Positions 17,922-20,734 of a DNA stretch of 20,734 bases are shown one piece after another. The stretch is from assembly GCA_902785275.1 (NCBI GenBank), contig CACZYB010000011.1, positions 1 through 20,734 on the forward strand, given 5' to 3'. The notes under the pieces were generated by a model. That model saw nothing but the letters and a program-made list of their open reading frames with translations, was not told the origin of the DNA and made no database searches. The first letter of the stretch is position 1; every line of letters begins with the position of its first letter. The stretch comes from an uncultured Pseudomonadota bacterium. Lineage in GTDB: Bacteria; Pseudomonadota; Alphaproteobacteria; Rs-D84; CACZYB01. The position numbers and the translations under genes are program-made.

Positions 17922-18356
17922 ATGAAAAATATAGTTATCGGTTCCGATCATGCAGGTATTGAACTTAAATCTTTTTTAAAAGATTATCTTTCATCAAATG
18001 ATTACAAAATAACTGATGTTGGAACATTCGATTCGAAAAGTTGCGATTACCCAGATATCGCAAAATCATTGGCAAATCATATTGAGAAAAATCCAAATGA
18101 CTTTGGCATACTTATTTGTGGTACAGGAATTGGAATGTCTATTGCAATAAACAGATATTCTTTTATTCGTGGCGCACTTTTGTATAACAAAGAAACAGCA
18201 AAACTTGCACGCGAACACAACAAAGCAAATGTCGCAATTCTTGGTGCAAGAATGTTTTCCAATGATGAAAACCTTGAATTTTTAAAAACATTCTTATCAA
18301 CAGACTTTTCAAACGAAGAACGTCACAAAAAACGAATTGAAAAACTCTGTAAATAA
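17922..18356 (+). CDS. rpiB: Ribose-5-phosphate isomerase B
   Basis: IGSDHAG, DYPD, GILICGTGIGMSIA, AREHNKAN, LGAR, RH-x-KRI motifs. Confidence 0.96.
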   Translation: MKNIVIGSDHAGIELKSFLKDYLSSNDYKITDVGTFDSKSCDYPDIAKSLANHIEKNPNDFGILICGTGIGMSIAINRYSFIRGALLYNKETAKLAREHNKANVAILGARMFSNDENLEFLKTFLSTDFSNEERHKKRIEKLCK

Positions 18357-18359
18357 ATT

Positions 18360-18395
18360 AAAAAAGAGTGCCCGTAAATAACACTCTTCTTTTTT
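18360..18395. terminator. Bidirectional terminator between convergent rpiB and glyA
   Basis: AAGAGTG-11 nt-CACTCTT flanked by an A-run and a T-run. Confidence 0.75.
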
Positions 18396-18410
18396 ATCAT
18401 TTCAAATGAA

Positions 18411-19673
18411 TTAGTATATAGGATGCTTTTTGCAAAGTTCTTTTACTTTTTCCCTTACACCCTTAATCACATCAGATTCATAATCTTTGTTTTTAACAAA
18501 GTCATCAACAACTTCTGTAATCAAATTTGCAACTTCAATAACATCATCTTCCTTAAATCCACGGGTAGTAATAGCAGGAACACCCAAGCGGATACCAGAA
18601 GTTATTGAAGGTGGATTTGGATCATTTGGAATACCATTTTTATTGCAAGTAATTCCAGCATTTTCCAATGCAAGATCAGCCTCTTTTCCAGTAATTCCCT
18701 TACTTCTTAAATCAACAAGAATAAGATGAGTGTCTGTACCACCACTTACCAAATCAAAACCATTTTTAACCAAAGTTTCACCCAAAACTTTTGCATTTTT
18801 AAGGATTTGACTTGCATAATCTTTCCATTCTGGACGAAGTATTTCACCAAACGCAACAGTCTTTCCAGCAATAATGTGTTCCAATGGACCGCCCTGGATT
18901 CCTGGGAATACTGCTTTATTTATCTTTTTTGCAATCTCTTCATCATTTGTTAAAATCATACCACCACGTGGACCACGAAGTGTCTTATGAGTTGTAGTTG
19001 TTACAACATCCGCGATTCCAACAGGTGAAGGTATTACACCACCCGCAACCAATCCAGCAAAGTGAGCCATATCAACCATTAAATACGCCCCAACCTTATC
19101 TGCAATTTCTCGGAAGCGTTTGAAATCAACTAATCTTGGATAAGCAGAACCACCTGCAACAATAAGCTTTGGTTTATTTTCCAATGCCAATTTTTCAACT
19201 TGTTCATAATCAATATAGCCATCTTCTTTTACACCATATTGAACAGAATTAAACCATTTTCCAGAGATTGTAGGTTTTGCACCATGTGTCAAATGACCAC
19301 CTGCATCCAAGCTCATACCCATAACTGTATCGCCAGCATTAAGCAAAGCAAAAAATACAGCAGTATTTGCCTGAGCCCCACTGTGAGGTTGAACATTCAC
19401 AAAATTACAACCGAAAATTTTCTTTGCACGTTCGATACAAAGTGTTTCCATTTCATCAATGAATTTACATCCTTGATAGTATCTGTGACCACTGTAACCT
19501 TCGGCATACTTGTTTGTAAGTATGGAACCCATAGCCTGTAAAACAGCCTTTGAAACAATATTTTCCGAAGCAATAAGCTCAATACAATTTTGTTGTCTAT
19601 CAAGTTCAGATTCTATGATATTATAAACGGAACTATCAGCAACATTAAGACTATCTTTGAAAAAATCAACCAT
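18411..19673 (-). CDS. glyA: Serine hydroxymethyltransferase
   Basis: [43 protein letters not shown] (PLP lysine), SGIRLG. Start set to ATG 19673 behind GGAGG; ATG 19685 is the alternative. Confidence 0.99.
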   Translation of the reverse strand: MVDFFKDSLNVADSSVYNIIESELDRQQNCIELIASENIVSKAVLQAMGSILTNKYAEGYSGHRYYQGCKFIDEMETLCIERAKKIFGCNFVNVQPHSGAQANTAVFFALLNAGDTVMGMSLDAGGHLTHGAKPTISGKWFNSVQYGVKEDGYIDYEQVEKLALENKPKLIVAGGSAYPRLVDFKRFREIADKVGAYLMVDMAHFAGLVAGGVIPSPVGIADVVTTTTHKTLRGPRGGMILTNDEEIAKKINKAVFPGIQGGPLEHIIAGKTVAFGEILRPEWKDYASQILKNAKVLGETLVKNGFDLVSGGTDTHLILVDLRSKGITGKEADLALENAGITCNKNGIPNDPNPPSITSGIRLGVPAITTRGFKEDDVIEVANLITEVVDDFVKNKDYESDVIKGVREKVKELCKKHPIY

Positions 19674-19716
19674 CTCAACCTCCATTATTAAAATTACACT
19701 AAAACGTTACGGAAAG

Positions 19717-19745
19717 ATAATATAATATAAATACTTATTTTTCAA
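19717..19745 (-). promoter_or_regulatory. Putative sigma70-type promoter of glyA
   Basis: On - strand: TTGAAA (19745-19740), 17 bp, TATTAT (19722-19717). Confidence 0.6.
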
Positions 19746-19771
19746 CCAGATAATAAGATTTATTTCCCTAT

Positions 19772-19806
19772 AAAAAAAGGTGAAACATTTTAACGTTCCA
19801 CCTTTT
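19772..19806 (-). terminator. Intrinsic terminator of the Cys-rich gene
   Basis: On - strand AAAAGGTGGAAC-GTTAAAAT-GTTTCACCTTTTTTT. Confidence 0.85.
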
Positions 19807-19827
19807 GTCGTATAATAAAGATAATTT

Positions 19828-20733
19828 TTACTTAAGTTCAACTTGTCCAGTTGTAGCATTACATGTAATACTAAATGAAGAAGTTGTGTTAAAATCAAAA
19901 TATGCAGTCTTACAATTTGTTTTTTTAACTCCGTTAACTGTACATGTATAACAATCCTTATCTGAACAATCACCGTTAAAATTTGAACAAAAATTAAAGC
20001 TAAATCCTACGCTAGGACTTTTTCCCCCATTAGCCATACCACCATAAGAGTTACCACCAGAAGTTGAAGAATTTGAAGCTCCACAGCAAGGATGCTTTGG
20101 TTGAATACCTGATTTTACACAAATTTCATTAAGTGTATAATTACCAACTCCTATAGCTGAACCATACTTATATCCTACAATTGGAATAGTACCATTACAA
20201 CTCTGACAATTTCCGCTATTACCATCATTATAAGTTCCTTCCCCACAAGCTTTACATGATGAATAAGAATTATCTCTACGTGGTATTCCAGTTTTTATTA
20301 CTCCATCACATTTAAAAGAATGAATTGTAATAGGAGCACAAGGTGGAAAAATACATATAACAGGATCCTGTGTAACCTCTTTTTCATCAGATATAACTCC
20401 TCCACAATAAGTAGTATTCATATAATAAGATAATCCTGTCCCATTTTTTCCATATCCGGCAGGACATTTATCAATCTCACATTTTCCATTATTGCAGGAA
20501 TAACCACTTTGGCAACTTTTTGAAATTGTTTCTGTTTCTTGTTTCGGATTTGCAGTTGAAGATGTGTTTCCTGTTGAATTACAGTATGTTGTCTTTGTAC
20601 GAGTTCTTGTTCCACATTCCTGTGATGACCAAGCAGAATATGTTGCACCGCTACAAGAACTACAACTTCCTGAACCTGCACTTGCATACTGACCAGCTGG
20701 ACAAGTATTACAGCTTGTACCATCATTACCATA
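19828..20733 (-). CDS. Cys-rich repeat protein, C-terminal part (5' end outside the window)
   Basis: The frame of ORF 19828-20421 stays open to the window edge: YGNDGTSCNTCPAGQYASAGSGSCSSCSGATYSAWSSQECGTRTRTKTTYCN...SCQSGYSCNNGKCEIDKCPAGYGKNG... with repeated C-x2-C-x2-G-x-Y units. Confidence 0.88.
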   Translation of the reverse strand, partial: YGNDGTSCNTCPAGQYASAGSGSCSSCSGATYSAWSSQECGTRTRTKTTYCNSTGNTSSTANPKQETETISKSCQSGYSCNNGKCEIDKCPAGYGKNGTGLSYYMNTTYCGGVISDEKEVTQDPVICIFPPCAPITIHSFKCDGVIKTGIPRRDNSYSSCKACGEGTYNDGNSGNCQSCNGTIPIVGYKYGSAIGVGNYTLNEICVKSGIQPKHPCCGASNSSTSGGNSYGGMANGGKSPSVGFSFNFCSNFNGDCSDKDCYTCTVNGVKKTNCKTAYFDFNTTSSFSITCNATTGQVELK

Positions 20734-20734
20734 A

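Noticed and set aside
20418-20732. 104-aa ORF MVMMVQAV... on the - strand
   Set aside because: Off-frame shadow of the Cys-rich gene; the neighbouring frame is open and continuous with 19828-20421, so no frameshift is needed.

Overview
AT-rich bacterial chromosomal segment, most likely from an alphaproteobacterium (judged from SSB, DnaE PHP, TolA C-terminal and RppH sequence style; an uncultured low-GC host-associated lineage is my inference). It is mostly housekeeping: ssb, eno, lrgAB, a lipoprotein, tadA, secA, dnaE, xth, rppH, tolQRA, an M23 peptidase-bactofilin pair, rpiB and glyA, plus two Cys-rich proteins (one cut by the window edge). The most striking unannotated structure is around rppH, which is bracketed by two inverted, homologous ~100-bp units (13322-13420 on +, 13986-14091 on -). 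Each unit has a near-identical sigma70-type promoter (29/32 bp identical, 17-bp perfect core with a GANTC site), an ACATTGA + A-rich tract and an intrinsic terminator hairpin. They look like twin convergent small-RNA genes, one acting as the rppH leader/attenuator and the other overlapping its 3' end. Other oddities: an ~80-aa segment in DnaE where a short linker is usual, a Q/N-rich QQQGGY tail on a lipoprotein, tolQRA without tolB-pal, and eukaryote-like Cys-rich modules. No CRISPR, tRNA, rRNA or transposase was recognised.
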